A DNA stretch of 63,785 nt, counting the filler, from Choristocarpus tenellus KU-1152 (lineage: Eukaryota > Protista > Phaeophyceae), in assembly GCA_964200185.2 (NCBI GenBank). It is 9 parts of 9 records of this genome, joined end to end, with 100 filler letters (N's around TTAATTAATTAA, not from the genome) between each part and the next. Parts side by side here need not be neighbours in the genome. Positions count along the whole stretch, not along the records: positions 37,570 to 43,039 come from CAXNAD020010678.1; positions 43,140 to 49,230 come from CAXNAD020008962.1; positions 49,331 to 63,785 come from CAXNAD020001185.1; 6 more parts are not named here. One strand, written 5' to 3'. Numbering within the stretch: the first letter of the stretch is position 1; each line of letters starts with the position of its first letter. A program made the translations under genes and the position numbers. The notes under the pieces were generated by a model, which saw only the letters and a program-made list of their open reading frames with translations, searched no databases and was not told where the DNA came from. Shown piece after piece: positions 39,733-52,771 of the stretch.

Positions 39733-40599
39733 ACTTTTTTTCAATCAACCTGTCTTCCTTCGTCTCACCCAGCTGTCTTCCACTACTGTATTGTGAACAA
39801 TGCCACGATACCCTCAACAATCCTCTACGACCTGCGTATTTCCGTCGTAGAAAGACACCAACGACAAAGTCAGATCAACGTACGAGTTGCGGCAACGATC
39901 ATACTAGGGGGTAGTATGTCGGAAGAGACTTGGAAGCGTGCACAAGCTACGAAAACAATACAAGGAGGCAAGGTCCTTGGGCAGAAAACTTTATCACTAT
40001 TCAATCGCTGGGCCTACGATTGCCTGCTTGGGGCTGGGTGTATTAAGACAAGGAACATGGGGTAAGGGGTGGACGGTACAGGTGCTCTGGGTCCAGTTCA
40101 TCTTCCATCTCTCGCTCATTTCCATTGCACCACCAAGTGATACTCAGTCCCATCTTCCCACGACCAACAAGTAGCACCATTCAAATATATTTCACACATC
40201 AACAGTTTATGAACAGAGATGGGAATCACAGCACACCATTCCAGTATGATATTCCTCTACCCGAATAGTGAGAAGGTCATTTTCGAATCAAGTCTTCAAG
40301 CAACGCAGTCAACCACACCCACCTTGTGACAAATTCTAGCGTAAATCTTGTGCACTAGGCACTATCTAGTACAATGGACAATGAAAAGATGGTTCTCGGC
40401 ACGACAGCGAGGCTAACAATGACGATATTGTTTAAGGAAGGTTGGTGGTCGATGATGATATTACCTTTCCTTCTCTGGTCATAACTCACACCTTGAAGAA
40501 GGCGCGAGCCCTACCCGATTTCCAACGCGCGCAATTGTGACGTACTTGGGATGTTCGAGGTTGGGGCTATTTGGAAGATCCAAAAGATATTACATGAAT

Positions 40600-41950
40600 A
40601 AATTCTCTTCTCCCAAACATGTATCATGGTATGCGCATGACAATGACATTTTTTTGGATTTTGTCATCAACTGTCATTCGTTTTACGTATGTGGACATAC
40701 GTGGTCCTCGTTGGCAGTTACACAACCTGAAAATAGGTTTGGATAATTGGACTGTCACTCATTCAGCGTCCCAACTGTCGAGAGGAGTTTCTTGTGGTTA
40801 CCTCCTGAGATGGAAACCTTACGTCTGGGCTACAGGGTTTGTTACTACAGGGACTCTCTCCTTCGCCAAGGACCACAATTAGTTCCCTCTTGGACTAGAC
40901 AACCTCCAGTGGACGGGCACGTTGATGTATCGAGATAGGAAAGGATGAATGACTGTCAGTAGTGGAATGTGGATAAGATGTCAATGAAGCCTGTGGCGAT
41001 CTTCTAATAATGCTGAAATGTGCTAAGGCAAACGGCTATACATGGAATACGAGACTGTGCGCAATAGTTGACGCACACGGACACCTCGAAATAGTTGCGA
41101 GGACCAATGGTTGCTCATAGGACAGAAATACATATGCCAACCTCGCACTTAGGAGGGGGCAGCAAGAAATCCTTGAATGAACCGTGTTGACGGGCACACA
41201 CAGAGTGAGACAATCCGTATCGAAGCGATGGAAGCAAGGTATAAAGATGTTCTGCTGTGGCCCAGACCAAACAGTTACCCATAGAACGGACTGGTTTCCA
41301 TCACTGCAGTAGAATCAAACCGATTGAGAGATAGGCAGGTTCGAACCCTTTTGCATTTTTAGACATCTTCTTACCCTGTTCAATACATTCTATTTAATTG
41401 CTTTATGTGAACAATAGCTTATGAAAAAATATAACCTTGTTTCACGCACAAAGTGACACCACAGTTCAGGTAAGACTCTGCAATTGTACAAAATGATATA
41501 TTTTCACCCTTTCTCGGGATCATTAAAATTCCACCCTGCTTACCTCTTAGCTGGTTTGACTCTGCAGAACAGGACACCTTGAAACTCTCCAGTGGCTAAA
41601 AGCGAAATGGTGGTAATGGGATAATCCGAGTTGGTCTGGTGCTGGAGATGGTTAGCACCTGGGAATTGTGGTATTGGCGAGATGAAATAGTTGTCCTTAG
41701 GGGCGAGAAGGTGTTCCCTTGCAGCTGATGGGGGATACTTCCAGAACAAAGTGGACCAAAAAGGCAACAGGTGCCCCTGGGATACGGAAACCTGTACATA
41801 AACCAGCACTACTAGGGTATACCTGGGCATCCTAAAATGGGCAAGGGTTCACGCCAGTCCTTGGGATGCAGGCACACGAGCTTCTGCTGTGAAGGGGACT
41901 CACATGGACACCCTTCAGTGGGGTGAGGTCAACGAGGGCCGATTTGTGGA
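40600..41950 (+). pseudogene. Intronless decayed ankyrin-repeat gene (W.R.NGCPWD type)
   Basis: AKANGYTWNTRLCA..AHGHLEI..RTNGCS*D, GNRCPWDTETCT and LGILKWARVHASPWDAGTRASAVKGTHMDTLQW; stops and frameshifts. Confidence 0.75.
41327..41547 (+). mobile_element. MITE family C, inserted in the ankyrin pseudogene
   Basis: GAGATAGGCAGG...CCCTGCTTACCTCT imperfect terminal inverted repeat; homologous to 53587-53814. Confidence 0.65.
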
Positions 41951-41970
41951 AGGTAGACGCCTGATCCAAC

Positions 41971-42162
41971 GTAATTTTGGCGATCATGTTCGTTAGGAGA
42001 TGTCATATCTTTGTTCCGGACACTCCTTTTCATAATGTATACATTTTTCCTACTCCGAAGCTTTTTGGAGTAGGAAAAAGGTCATAAAATACCTGTGGAA
42101 AGTCAAGCCCCAAATAATGGACAAACAGGGAAAAACTCGTACCGTCTAAGATACTTTCACTC
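41971..42162 (+). mobile_element. MITE family A, 5'-truncated
   Basis: Internal family A sequence and terminal AAGATACTTTCACTC. Confidence 0.8.
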
Positions 42163-43141
42163 ACTGCCTACAGAACTTCGGGACATGAATGTTCGCATTT
42201 CAGCTCCTTGTAGGGGGCAGCTCGGTGCCTTAAAATTGGCCAGGGTCAATAGTTAAGATGCGATATTAACAGATAAGTCGTCGAAGTCCCACAAAACTAC
42301 TGAATCCATTTGAGAAAGGGGAATGCAGTCAATGAGTCAAAGAATAGACCATTTCATGATAGGAACCGTGTGCCACTCTTCTTATTCCTCCAGCTCCCAC
42401 ACTGAACTAGTAGTACATCTAGCATTCATGCTTAGTCCTACTTCGTTATTGTATATCAAATGTTTCATTATTTCGTCGTAGAGAGAACTCTTTAGAATTT
42501 GTAGAAACTTTCTCTTAAGCTGAATCTGACTTGTGACAGTTTAAAATCACCTGAGTAATATCATCTTCACACTCTCTCAGCTATATCCCTCGCGTACATG
42601 TGTGTGCGCGCGCGCGCGCGCGTGTGTGTGTGTGTTTGTTCCCCTTCTACATGCCTGGTGTGTCGTCCAACCTCACTACTACTATTAACTCTCTTTGGAG
42701 AGTGTGACTGACTTGTTTCCTCCCACAACAAAAATGGCGCAAACACAGCCACCTACGCTCTACTCTGCGTCTATCTTTTTTTATGAACTGTGGCATACCT
42801 GCAATAGCGCGTGCTTGATTAGCTCCTTATCCAATATCTCCAAGCTGAGATGCACCGACACACAATAATACGCTTACAGACTTAAAATTGATAGTGCTGC
42901 TGTACTATGTTACATAGCACTCTATCTAGCTCTAGTAGGCTTCCATCTACGATGTGTTCCACGTGATTTTGGGCACAAAGTATCTGGGAGGGGGTGGCAG
43001 CTGTCCATTTGGGGGCAATTTTTTCACGTCGCGATTTTTNNNNNNNNNNNNNNNNNNNNNNNNNNNNNNNNNNNNNNNNNNNNTTAATTAATTAANNNNN
43101 NNNNNNNNNNNNNNNNNNNNNNNNNNNNNNNNNNNNNNNCT

Positions 43142-43335
43142 GTGGGCAGGAGGAATTCGAGCTTGTCTCCGGATTTTGTGGTACTTTGGGTGGTTGGGGG
43201 GGGGGTGGGGGGGAGCGGAAGTTCGGGGGGAAGGGCAGCAGGCAAAGGAGTACTGTCCTTTGATGCTGTTGTCATGGATGAGGCGGCGCAAGCGGTTGAA
43301 CCTTCATCGCTGGTACCATTCAAGTTCAATCCCAG
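43142..43335 (+). CDS. SEN1/UPF1-like SF1 helicase exon with motif II (5' boundary uncertain)
   Basis: FDAVVMDEAAQAVEPSSLVP. Confidence 0.85.
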
Positions 43336-43353
43336 GTACCAGAAGGTTCAAGC

Positions 43354-43923
43354 TTAGGGTTAGGGTGAGGGTGAGGGTGAGTAGGGCTCCTGTAGTGGAA
43401 TGGTTTGATAGTCTCTTGAGAGTATTACTGTGTTTTTTGTGTGTTTTTTGGATATGTTGTTTTAGGTGATGTGATGTGATGTGATTGGTTTGTTGTTGTC
43501 TTCTGCCGTGGAGGTGTGGATTTGTTATTGTAGAGGCGTTTTTTTTTGGTGATTGGGGTTAGAGTTAGGGTTAGGGCTGGATGGGTGTAAAGGGGATATT
43601 GTTGGTGCACTCTAAAGGTGTACCTCTTCGTCGAGTCTTTTGATGTACTTGTTGGTGTGTGTCTTGTGTTGTCTACTTGTTGGTGTTTTGTTTTGTTTTC
43701 ACGTGAGAAGAGTCCGTTAGGGTTAGGGATACACTTGGGAGGTGCAGTCCAACGTGTGTGTTTTGTAGGACTGGTCATCAGTCTGGGCAGTTAGCATGAC
43801 AAGGATCCAAGCAATGGTCACAGTCTAACCCTAACCCTATGTTGAAGCAATTGACCACCGTGAACCCTAACCCTAACCCTGCTGGAAACATTTCGCCCAT
43901 AGCTGGCATAGGGTTAGGGTTAG
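43354..43923. repeat. Cluster of short intronic TTAGGG/CCCTAA telomere-like repeats
   Basis: Two- to four-unit tracts near 43354, 43557, 43717, 43825, 43863 and 43909, in both orientations. Confidence 0.7.
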
Positions 43924-45177
43924 TGAGATACATACATCTGAGGCTGACCTTGTCAAAAACGTATTAGGCTGAGCAACTAATGATATGTATGCTATTCTTA
44001 GTACCTGTAGTGTGTTCCTATGTTCATTGCAGTCTAATATATACTCTACATAGAGTAGAGTATACTGCTAGCAACACTATTATGTATTTGTGAAGTAAAG
44101 GTAATGGAAGGTCCAGAGCAGTTCCTTAAACACTATTTATTTTTATTTTCATTTATTTATTTATTTATTTTTGCATCCCTCTCAGGTACAGACTGTCTCA
44201 AATGAGGTTTCCCATCCAATTTTTTTTTCTATTTTGTCTATTTTGTCTGTCAGTGCATTGGTGGTATGTCTCTGGTACTATTGCCGATACCACCTCTGGT
44301 CTCCTTGTGATCTCTCTTGTGTACTTGAATTCTCATTTATCTCATTACATGTATTAAATACCCATTTATTTTAGCTGTTGTTTGTGGTTGACACATGGGT
44401 CGGGGAGACCAACTATAATGATTAATCAACATTTGCACTAATTAGTTAGCATTGGACTAGAGCTGAACTGGTGTTAGACATGTCCAGTCCGTGGGACCAG
44501 TCAGTGCAATATTATATTAATGTTTTTTGGATCTGATCCTTTGCAAATAAATAAGTCCTCTTCTCTCATAATACGAGAGAGTATTGAACCTATCCAGTTC
44601 ACAGACAGAAGAGGTTCCAATGCTTGTTGGACCTGGCCTGGAAATGTCTCAGAAAATGCTGTAACCGTTCTGGGATAGGGACTAGACTGTTTCTGTATGT
44701 CTGGCCTATTGAAAAAACCTTGGTGTTTTGTGGATGAATCTTGGGCCGGGGATGGGGACTTTTAGAGGTTTTAGATGTGGACTCGCTGTCTCTGTTTGTC
44801 TCAGCCTTTTTTTTGTGTGTGTGTGTGTGTTGTATACTTTGAAAGAGAAAAGATCGCCTTCCTTAATTTTGGTTTTATTTTGGTAGTTCCTCTTTCAGGA
44901 CTGACTAATTAATAGTCATTAATGACAAGCGTTGTTGATACTTCTAACCATGACAGACTGTTAGTGCAGTAGTGCAGTGAGATTGTCTTTTCCTTTTTCC
45001 TATTTAAAAAAAAAATTCAATACCATGTACCACTCCCCTCTTCTCCCTCCTCCCATTTCCAATGTAGCTCTGAGCTCTTTGGTCAGTGACTTCCTGAGTT
45101 ATTCTGCTCTGAACACAAAGCATGCTTGTCCTTGTACTTGGTACCTCATTCCTCTCTGGTACCATTTGTTTGAAAAG

Positions 45178-45378
45178 AGCTATAGTGATGGTAGGTGACC
45201 CTGCCCAGCTGACAGCGACGCTCTTCTCAAGGGAGGCAACAGATGCGCAATATGGGCAGAGTTTGTTCCAGCGACTTCAGAGAGGGGGTCACCCAAAGAT
45301 GATGCTGGATACACAGTACAGGATGCACCCCAGGATAGCGGCATTTGCCTCAGAGAGGTTCTACAGTGGTCAGCTCAG
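45178..45378 (+). CDS. SEN1/UPF1-like helicase exon
   Basis: MVGDPAQL, QSLFQRL, LDTQYRMHPRI. Confidence 0.93.
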
Positions 45379-46401
45379 GTACTTTTTTTTTTAGTATGGA
45401 TTTTTGTGTTGAGGCGTTGGTTCTTTTAGTGATACGTATTTTTTTCTATTTTTTGTAGTGCGTTTGAACGTGCGTCAGAGTTTGCGTGTTTGTTTGTTCA
45501 ACAAGAAAGATCTTGTGTACTGTGTACTGTGTACTGTGTACTATGTAGGACTGTGTGTCCATTGTATTTGTGAGTTATTATCGAAGGTGGATGCGTAGAT
45601 GGGCTACGGGAAATGCCTTCTCAAGGTGTGCAACATCCCTTATTTGTTTCGCCCAATTGTTTTCATGGTATGTGATTGAGCAAGCACAGATAACAGTTAC
45701 AAATTTGGAAAAAATGAAATTAACCTCTCCATGGTTTAGTATGGTTGAAGGGCAATTCCTGAGATTTTCCTTTTCTTTTTTTGAGATGTGTGTTGGGGGG
45801 TGGGGGCAGCATGTTTGGACATTTACCAGGAATCTAAATTGGTGTAATTTTATGTTATTTTATGGTTACATTTTACTTATTTTTTTAAGATTAAAAAAAA
45901 AATGTGATTAGGTATGTTATTACTTTTGAGAAGGGAAGTGCTATAGTGACCGTAGATTTTCTGCAAGTGAAACCCTAACCCTAACCCTAGGCATCCCTGG
46001 CGCTAAAGAGCTAATTTATCGTTTTGGTGTTGGAGAGGACAATGATTTTTTGTCTAAGCATCGTTATTGCTTGTCCTTTTCTGTAATTTTGATTAGGGTT
46101 AGGGGAGGGTTAGGGGAGGGGAGGGTTAAGGTAGGAGCCAAGAACATCAAGTTGACCAATGGAATAGCTTGTATTTCACATCCAACCAATCGATTTTATT
46201 TTTTATTTTTCCTAGTAGTGTATTTGAAGGTCATCAACCGTAACCGATTCTTGTCTTGGTGCAAACATCGCACCTGAGTCATTGTTGTCTCAGTCTTAAT
46301 ATCAGGCAGCTCATGAGCCCCACTCCCTTCCCCCCCCCCCCTTCCCCTGGTGTTTTTTGTTGCTTGTACCCTCTGTTGAATCTGTCTGTTGTGGATGATA
46401 G

Positions 46402-46563
46402 GTCAGCGGAAATTGTCACCGAGGAGTCCCACAGTCAGAGATTCCACTGTCACCCCAGTTTTGGTCCGTATCTGTTTCACAATGTACCAGATGGAAGACT
46501 CAAGAGGAACGGTACTTCACTGTCAAATGCTGAGGAGGGTCACTACATTGTAGAGATGATCAA
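46402..46563 (+). CDS. SEN1/UPF1-like helicase exon
   Basis: FGPYLFHNVPDG...SLSNAEEG; phase-consistent. Confidence 0.88.
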
Positions 46564-48553
46564 GTGGGTTCTTTTTTTTGTTTTCACCTAGTTGGTGCTG
46601 CAGTGAAAGTGGTAGTCATGGCTTCACATGGTACATAGTAGGGTTGCCAGGACCCTGTTGATTGCAATGAGAGTACTATAAATTTTAGTACTATCTTGAT
46701 CTGAGGTCAATACTTGTCTTGCTTATTCTGAAGTTTGAGTCTGTCAAACAAATGTGACATGTGCAATGAGTCTTTTAATCTAGTTGCTGTACCACGACAA
46801 AGCTCAGTAAGCTACAGGTTGCTATGGCCCCTATTCACCTGAGGCCACCTGTACCACTTGACCCCTAGCGTTTTAAGGGGTGGTGAACTTAAATTTGGAT
46901 TGTGATGGTGTGTGGTATGGAGTCAGCATTGGGGTAGTTGGTTGTGAATACTAGTCTCTGGTTATCGTGGTTATTTTTGGGGTGGGTGGGTCATACTGAG
47001 AGAAGAATGGCTCAAGATTTGAACTGGTGTTGATTTGCTTTGGGTGTTGATATGACTGATTTGGCGTTTTTCTCCCTTGTTACCTGTTAGGGGTATAGAA
47101 TATGGATAAGCTGAACTTCCAGTGGGGTGTAGTTAAAGGGTCGAAGCTAGAGTTGATTTTCTATTTTTAATGGGGTGACATGCCTCCAGGGTTTTGTGGA
47201 AAACTGAGCACAGTTCAAATGTAATTACACTCTCACACACACACAGAATGAGCAGGGCCAAGAAAGATCTGCTTAAGATGGTGGTGCACACAGGCATGGT
47301 GACTAAGTAAGGCTATTTTGTACATGTGTTCTTGAAGTACACGCCTTCCTATTAGTACTATTAGATGCGTTGATGACGGGGTTGCTTGTTTGTGAAGAAG
47401 TGTGTTGATGCTGAGTTAGGTCTGAGGGCTTTTATGTCTATTCCATGCTGGGATCAGGGCTAATTAGGGAAGTTGCGATTGCCAGTATCTAAATCAGGAA
47501 TGGCTTATGCCAGGTAGTCGAAGATTTCGTATCTTTTTGGGAGGAAAGTTGCAGGCAATGTTCTTTGTTGCAAGTGTGTTCGCAAGAATGGTTGACCCTT
47601 CACTTAGTAGTTCAGACCTATACTACCACTGAATTTGCATGGGCAAGAGATTTGAGTTGACTGAGAAAAACGTCACCAATGGTGATAGAAAATTTACTGG
47701 GGGAATAACGCCCGGTTCTTACTCCGTGGAGCATCTTGTTCTAAGCTTCCTGTTGTGTATGGTGTCCATAATCAACGAGCCAGGCTTTGCTCCTCCAATC
47801 TTGCCACCTTTTAAGTTTGTGTGTAGTGGTGTTCAGTTCTCTTTTAAGTTTGCAATGGTAATGGTTTTTCTCTGACTCCGAGTTCGTATTGGCTTCTACT
47901 GAGGTAATGAGCTAATGTGTTTGAATGTTCTTTGGAATGTGTACCTTGAATTATTATTCTTTCATCTAGTAAGAAGGAAGTCTACCACTCGGACAAGCCC
48001 AAGCTCTTGCCCGGAGAGTAGAGACTTGGTTAGGTGGGGACTATACCATTAATCTATGTCCAATGACAGTAAGTCCTTGGTGCTTCAATGGCTATACCAT
48101 TAATCTATGTTCACTCACCCAACCCCCCCGCCTTGAATGTTTTGAAGTCAAAGACAGGGACGACAGAGATCTGTGCATTGTCCATGGCTTACCACCACCA
48201 CCACCCCCACTACTCGAGCCTACTGACCCAAACTTTCTGTAGAGTGTATTTTGTCTCATCTGTTTCATCAACCAAGGGAAGCAACACGTGTGTGCTGAGC
48301 GGTCTTTTCTGCTCTGTGATGGTGTGCCTCTCATTTGTTTATTTGTTTGCTGAAAGTCCATATGTTGTTTATCACAGGCTGAGTAAGTCCATGCATGCAT
48401 ACCTGCGGCATCACCAGTAACATTGTGTTATTCCTTAGGTCAATACTCCCTGCCTGACTGATCCAATTGCACATGCTGAAAGGCTAAGAAAGTGATCTTC
48501 AGGTGGACTAACCCAATTGGGAACCTTTGCTTCCCTGTATGTCAATTCATCAG

Positions 48554-48706
48554 GGATCTGATGTTTTCCTTTTCAGACATAGACTTCAGTGGACGAGTTG
48601 GAATCATTGCACCCTACAGGAACCAGATCTCCTTGTTGAGGGGGTTGATCAAGTGTACTGGTCTCCAGCGAGTGGAGATTTCAACTGTAGATGGCTTTCA
48701 GGGACG
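48554..48706 (+). CDS. SEN1/UPF1-like helicase exon
   Basis: VGIIAPYRNQI, EISTVDGFQGR. Confidence 0.93.
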
Positions 48707-49479
48707 GTGAGTGATTGAGGGGATGAGAAGAGCTACTATTTGAAAATGCGCTCTCTTGTTTCTAAGGCAGGGCCAATCAGATGTGTGCCCACCCGATCTC
48801 TTATTTATCGCTTGATGTAGGCATGATTTCGAATGTGCTCGGCTTGAAGCGTGCCTTGCCTTTGCTGCTTTGTTTTTGTGTGTAGTGGGTAGTGCTTTTG
48901 CTAAGGTACAAGAGTACCTTGAGGTTATCTTTGACCTTTGCGATGTACTCTGGTTGGTGTCCACTAGGCTATAGGAGTATTTTTCCAAGTTCTGTTAGTC
49001 CCTCTTCTTAGCTCATCTTTTTGCCTTTTTACTGTGTTCAATACATGGAAATGCCAAAGACCAACAAGGTGTAAGGTGTTACGATGGTACCATAATATCG
49101 TCTCAGATTAGAGGGGTTTGTAGAGGAGGAGCATGGAGTTATGTTCCAGAATGGACAATGAAACAGATAAGTACGTATTTGCTGGGGGGAGAGAGCAAGC
49201 GACACAAAAGGAAGTGGAAAGCACGAAGGANNNNNNNNNNNNNNNNNNNNNNNNNNNNNNNNNNNNNNNNNNNNTTAATTAATTAANNNNNNNNNNNNNN
49301 NNNNNNNNNNNNNNNNNNNNNNNNNNNNNNCAAGAAATCGCAAAAAGAAAAAATTGTCCCCAAATGGACAGCCGCCACCCCCCCCCCCAGATACTTTGAG
49401 CCTTATAATGATATGGAAATTTTCCACTATCACCCTTTCGCTTAGTGTTTGATGATAATGTGCGAGCCCCACAGTACGG

Positions 49480-50410
49480 GCCTTGGGATCATCCATCCAC
49501 ACCCTCTCCACAGATGTCCTCTGAGAAGACCTGGCAGAAATCATTGGACAAGAGGGGGGAACAACATCCCCCACACCTGCCCCGGACGTTCACATTCTGG
49601 TAGCTTATGACGTCAGGATCACAAGGAGGTCTCAAAATGAGATCACCCGCCTCCTGAACAGGATTTGTTTTTTTTTCCAGATACAACTAGCCAGCCTTCC
49701 AAGTGAAGTATAACAAGGGAAGGAAAGCTTCTCACTAGCCCTAGCACACCACCTAGAGCCAGTGTGGACAAGGGGTAAATTCATAAGCGTCAACACAACC
49801 CCTGGAGCCGGCATGCCAGATCTTCCTGGAGAATTCAAACTCGCCACCAGCAGTTCCCTAGGGAGGGAGGAGGCCCTGTCAAACAGGTGCCCAGTGACTG
49901 TGTGCAGGAAGCAAATGTCAACACCAGACATGCCTCTACCTTCCTCAGGGCAGGAGGCCAGGTGTGACAACACACCCTTATGGTGAAACGCCTCAGCCAA
50001 CTACGCAAGGGGATGAGCATCCCCTGCAATCAGCCCCTTACCGGGACAAAGCCCTTCTACTCGATGTTAGGTTCGCGGAAGTACAGGCAACCTCCCACCT
50101 CCCACACCCATTCACCAGCAATGGTGTAGCTGCTGCTGTAGCTGAGGTGTGAAAAGGATCCCACTACGAGGACTCTTTTGATCCTCGTAGTTATAATGTC
50201 AACAACTTAGTGGTGGAAAGTTTTGGGCGCCTTGGCAAGCAAGCGGAACGTTTCCTGGATGAGCTAGCTACACACGCAGTAGGGGGGAGAGGAACAGGAG
50301 GCTACAGCAGAAAGGTGCCATCAAATCCCGCCTACGCCAGATAGTCTCAGTCACAACGCTAGTAGTCGTATCTAAACGGGTCATGCTTTTAAGCTGGAGT
50401 CACCTGGGAG
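49480..50410 (+). mobile_element. 3' fragment of a non-LTR retrotransposon with restriction-like endonuclease
   Basis: YRDKALLLDVRFAEVQATSHL...GVAAAVAE and SFDPRSY...VESFGRLGKQAERFLDELA. Confidence 0.7.
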
Positions 50411-50554
50411 ATGAGCAAGGAGGGGTTTATTATATTCTTGGGATACTTCCCTAGCTCCTCACCTTGGGGTGCAGGAATAGGTATGAGACACAGGAAGGCA
50501 GTAGTACAACATAGATAGTAGTAAAATAGGAAATAGATTAACATTTTTCACTTT

Positions 50555-50748
50555 TGTGACAACTGTTACTTCTATAGGGACTTTCAGACATGCGAATAAT
50601 TTCCAATAGTTTTTCCCCTGGCACGTCTGCAAAATGTCAGACTGTATAAAAATATAATAATGTGACAACTGTTAACTTCCTTAGGGATTTTTCAGATATG
50701 TGAATATTTCTCATTAGTTTTTCCCCTGGCACATCTACAAAATGTCAG
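50555..50748. repeat. ~106-bp tandem duplication; diverged third copy near 54888-54965
   Basis: TGTGACAACTGTTA...TTTTTCCCCTGGCAC.TCT.CAAAATGTCAGA occurs twice. Confidence 0.7.
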
Positions 50749-51149
50749 AGGACATGATAATAATAAAATAATGTACTATTTTTTCTACCCATCTGACGGA
50801 TCAACAACTAACGTTATTGTCCATCGATTTTTCTGGTGTGATATGTTCACTAGTCGTATCAGTAATAGCTTTCTCTCCTCCCTCGATTCTGATGTGCACT
50901 CCCTCCATCCACATTAAGTTTTCTCCACCACGATCCAGATCCTCTGTCTCCCTTTTTCTCTTGTACGGCAAGATAGTAGAGTAGAGTATAGGTGTAACTA
51001 ACTCCCCAACGCACTTGTCATGTGGTCTATCAATGTCAAACTTCCTGTGAAGAATATCTAGCCTCGATCGGAGTTCGAATCCTTGCATTGCAATGATGGC
51101 GGAGTATGGGGGGACTACCACCTGAACTACATGGACAAGATCTCCATAT

Positions 51150-51720
51150 ATTATCCACAATACTGTGGATTTGTGTCAACATGATGTCCACACATACTCT
51201 GTGTCTGGGTTCGAACCAAGGTGGTAGAATCTAGATTTTGTGAAGAGGAAATTTGATTGGATGGATGAGCGGCAAGTGCATTGGGAAGGTACACCTGTGC
51301 CTTACTGTCTTGCCCTAGACCACAAAAAGTGATTAACAGAAAGTTCAAATGACAGGTTGCTTGGACCTTTGTAATAACATCCAGAAGTAGTAGGCCTTTC
51401 GTCCTGATGGGGAGCTGAGCCAGTGTCCGATAGTGCCCCAGTATGGAACATCTCATCCATGTGGGGTGCTGCATAGATCTTATCCATGTTTAGAGCTATC
51501 CCTACCTCACACATGTTCGTTTTCAGTGGCTCAAACGCAGCTATAGAAGGGGAGTTTCATCTTCCTTGTGGAGAGATGTGCAATCTATGAAGCTTTGGGA
51601 GAAACCCCTTGGGGCCCAAAGGTGAACTGGACCTGCTGGGAGACCTTTGGCTGTGACCATACAGTGCAGTATATATGGCTGTGAAAGTTGAGTAGCATAC
51701 ACTGTAGAAGGCGATTTTGT
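51150..51720 (-). mobile_element. Second, inverted and more decayed RLE non-LTR fragment
   Basis: LLLLDVITKVQATCHL parallels LLLDVRFAEVQATSHL in 49964-50152. Confidence 0.55.
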
Positions 51721-52771
51721 CATCCAGGATAATGACCATTCACCAAATCATATCTGAGGCAATTGTCCAGCAGAGCCCAGTAAACCCCATTTTGGGACCC
51801 CTGCTCCAAACTGTCCTAAGCATCCAAAAAGTATTGTTGTGAATTGTAGCGATTGTATTAATCTGATTCCATTAAATCGCAATTTAATCTAAAGCGAAAT
51901 TCTTGGGACCGATTAATAGGTTATCTTTTATTTTTCTACTCTGGAGTAGTTGGAGAAAAATACCCCGATATACATCCTTAGTACCAGACCACATATAAAA
52001 GGAACTACATTTTAACTCTTGGAGAATGAATTTCCATTGGTTACATCCGTGGTATGAAGGACAGGTAGGTTTAAAGCCGAGTACAACCTGTACTTGTCCC
52101 GAGTCTCCGTTATCCTGTTGCTCGATATTTTTTATGATCTCTAAAATATTTTTGCTGCTTCTGTGTTTTGCACCTCTCCCATTTCCTCATCTTTTGCCTT
52201 TCGTCCCGTTTCCCATCTCGCCTCGTTTTTACTTATTCTTTTGCTATATTCAGATGATGAGTGTGTCAAGAAAGTTACTGGAATCCATCATGTGATCAGA
52301 TATGTCTCTCGATGGTGACATATATGTGCAAGTGTCACCTGTGATCCTCGTCATCTATGATGTACGAGCGAATCAAAGTAAATGAGCGATACTCAGAGTT
52401 GCATTTTAAGGATCATGGTAAATACGTGCAAATTCGGCTTTCTCTTCAAATGTGATTACGATATTTTCTGAACAGTGTAAAAAAGAAAAGAAAAGAGAAA
52501 TCAACCCTCTCAAGTCAAACTTAGCACTTCATCCATCCATAGAAATATGGGTGAACGGCAAAAGACTGAAAACTTGCTTGTAATGCAAAGCGCCCAAAAA
52601 ATTGGTACCTCTGGTCACTATTTTGGCTCAGTGGAGCTGGAGAAAATAGTGCAAGCCTGTAGCACGTTTGAAGCCATAACCCCTGAATAGGTGCAAGCAA
52701 AAAATGTTGTACACCGTGTGCATGAGTGTGATGACAGTTAACTTGGTAGATAGAGGTAAGAACGTTGCCCA

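Noticed and set aside
48041-48110. 19-bp direct repeat CTATACCATTAATCTATGT
   Set aside because: A single local duplication in an intron with no element features.
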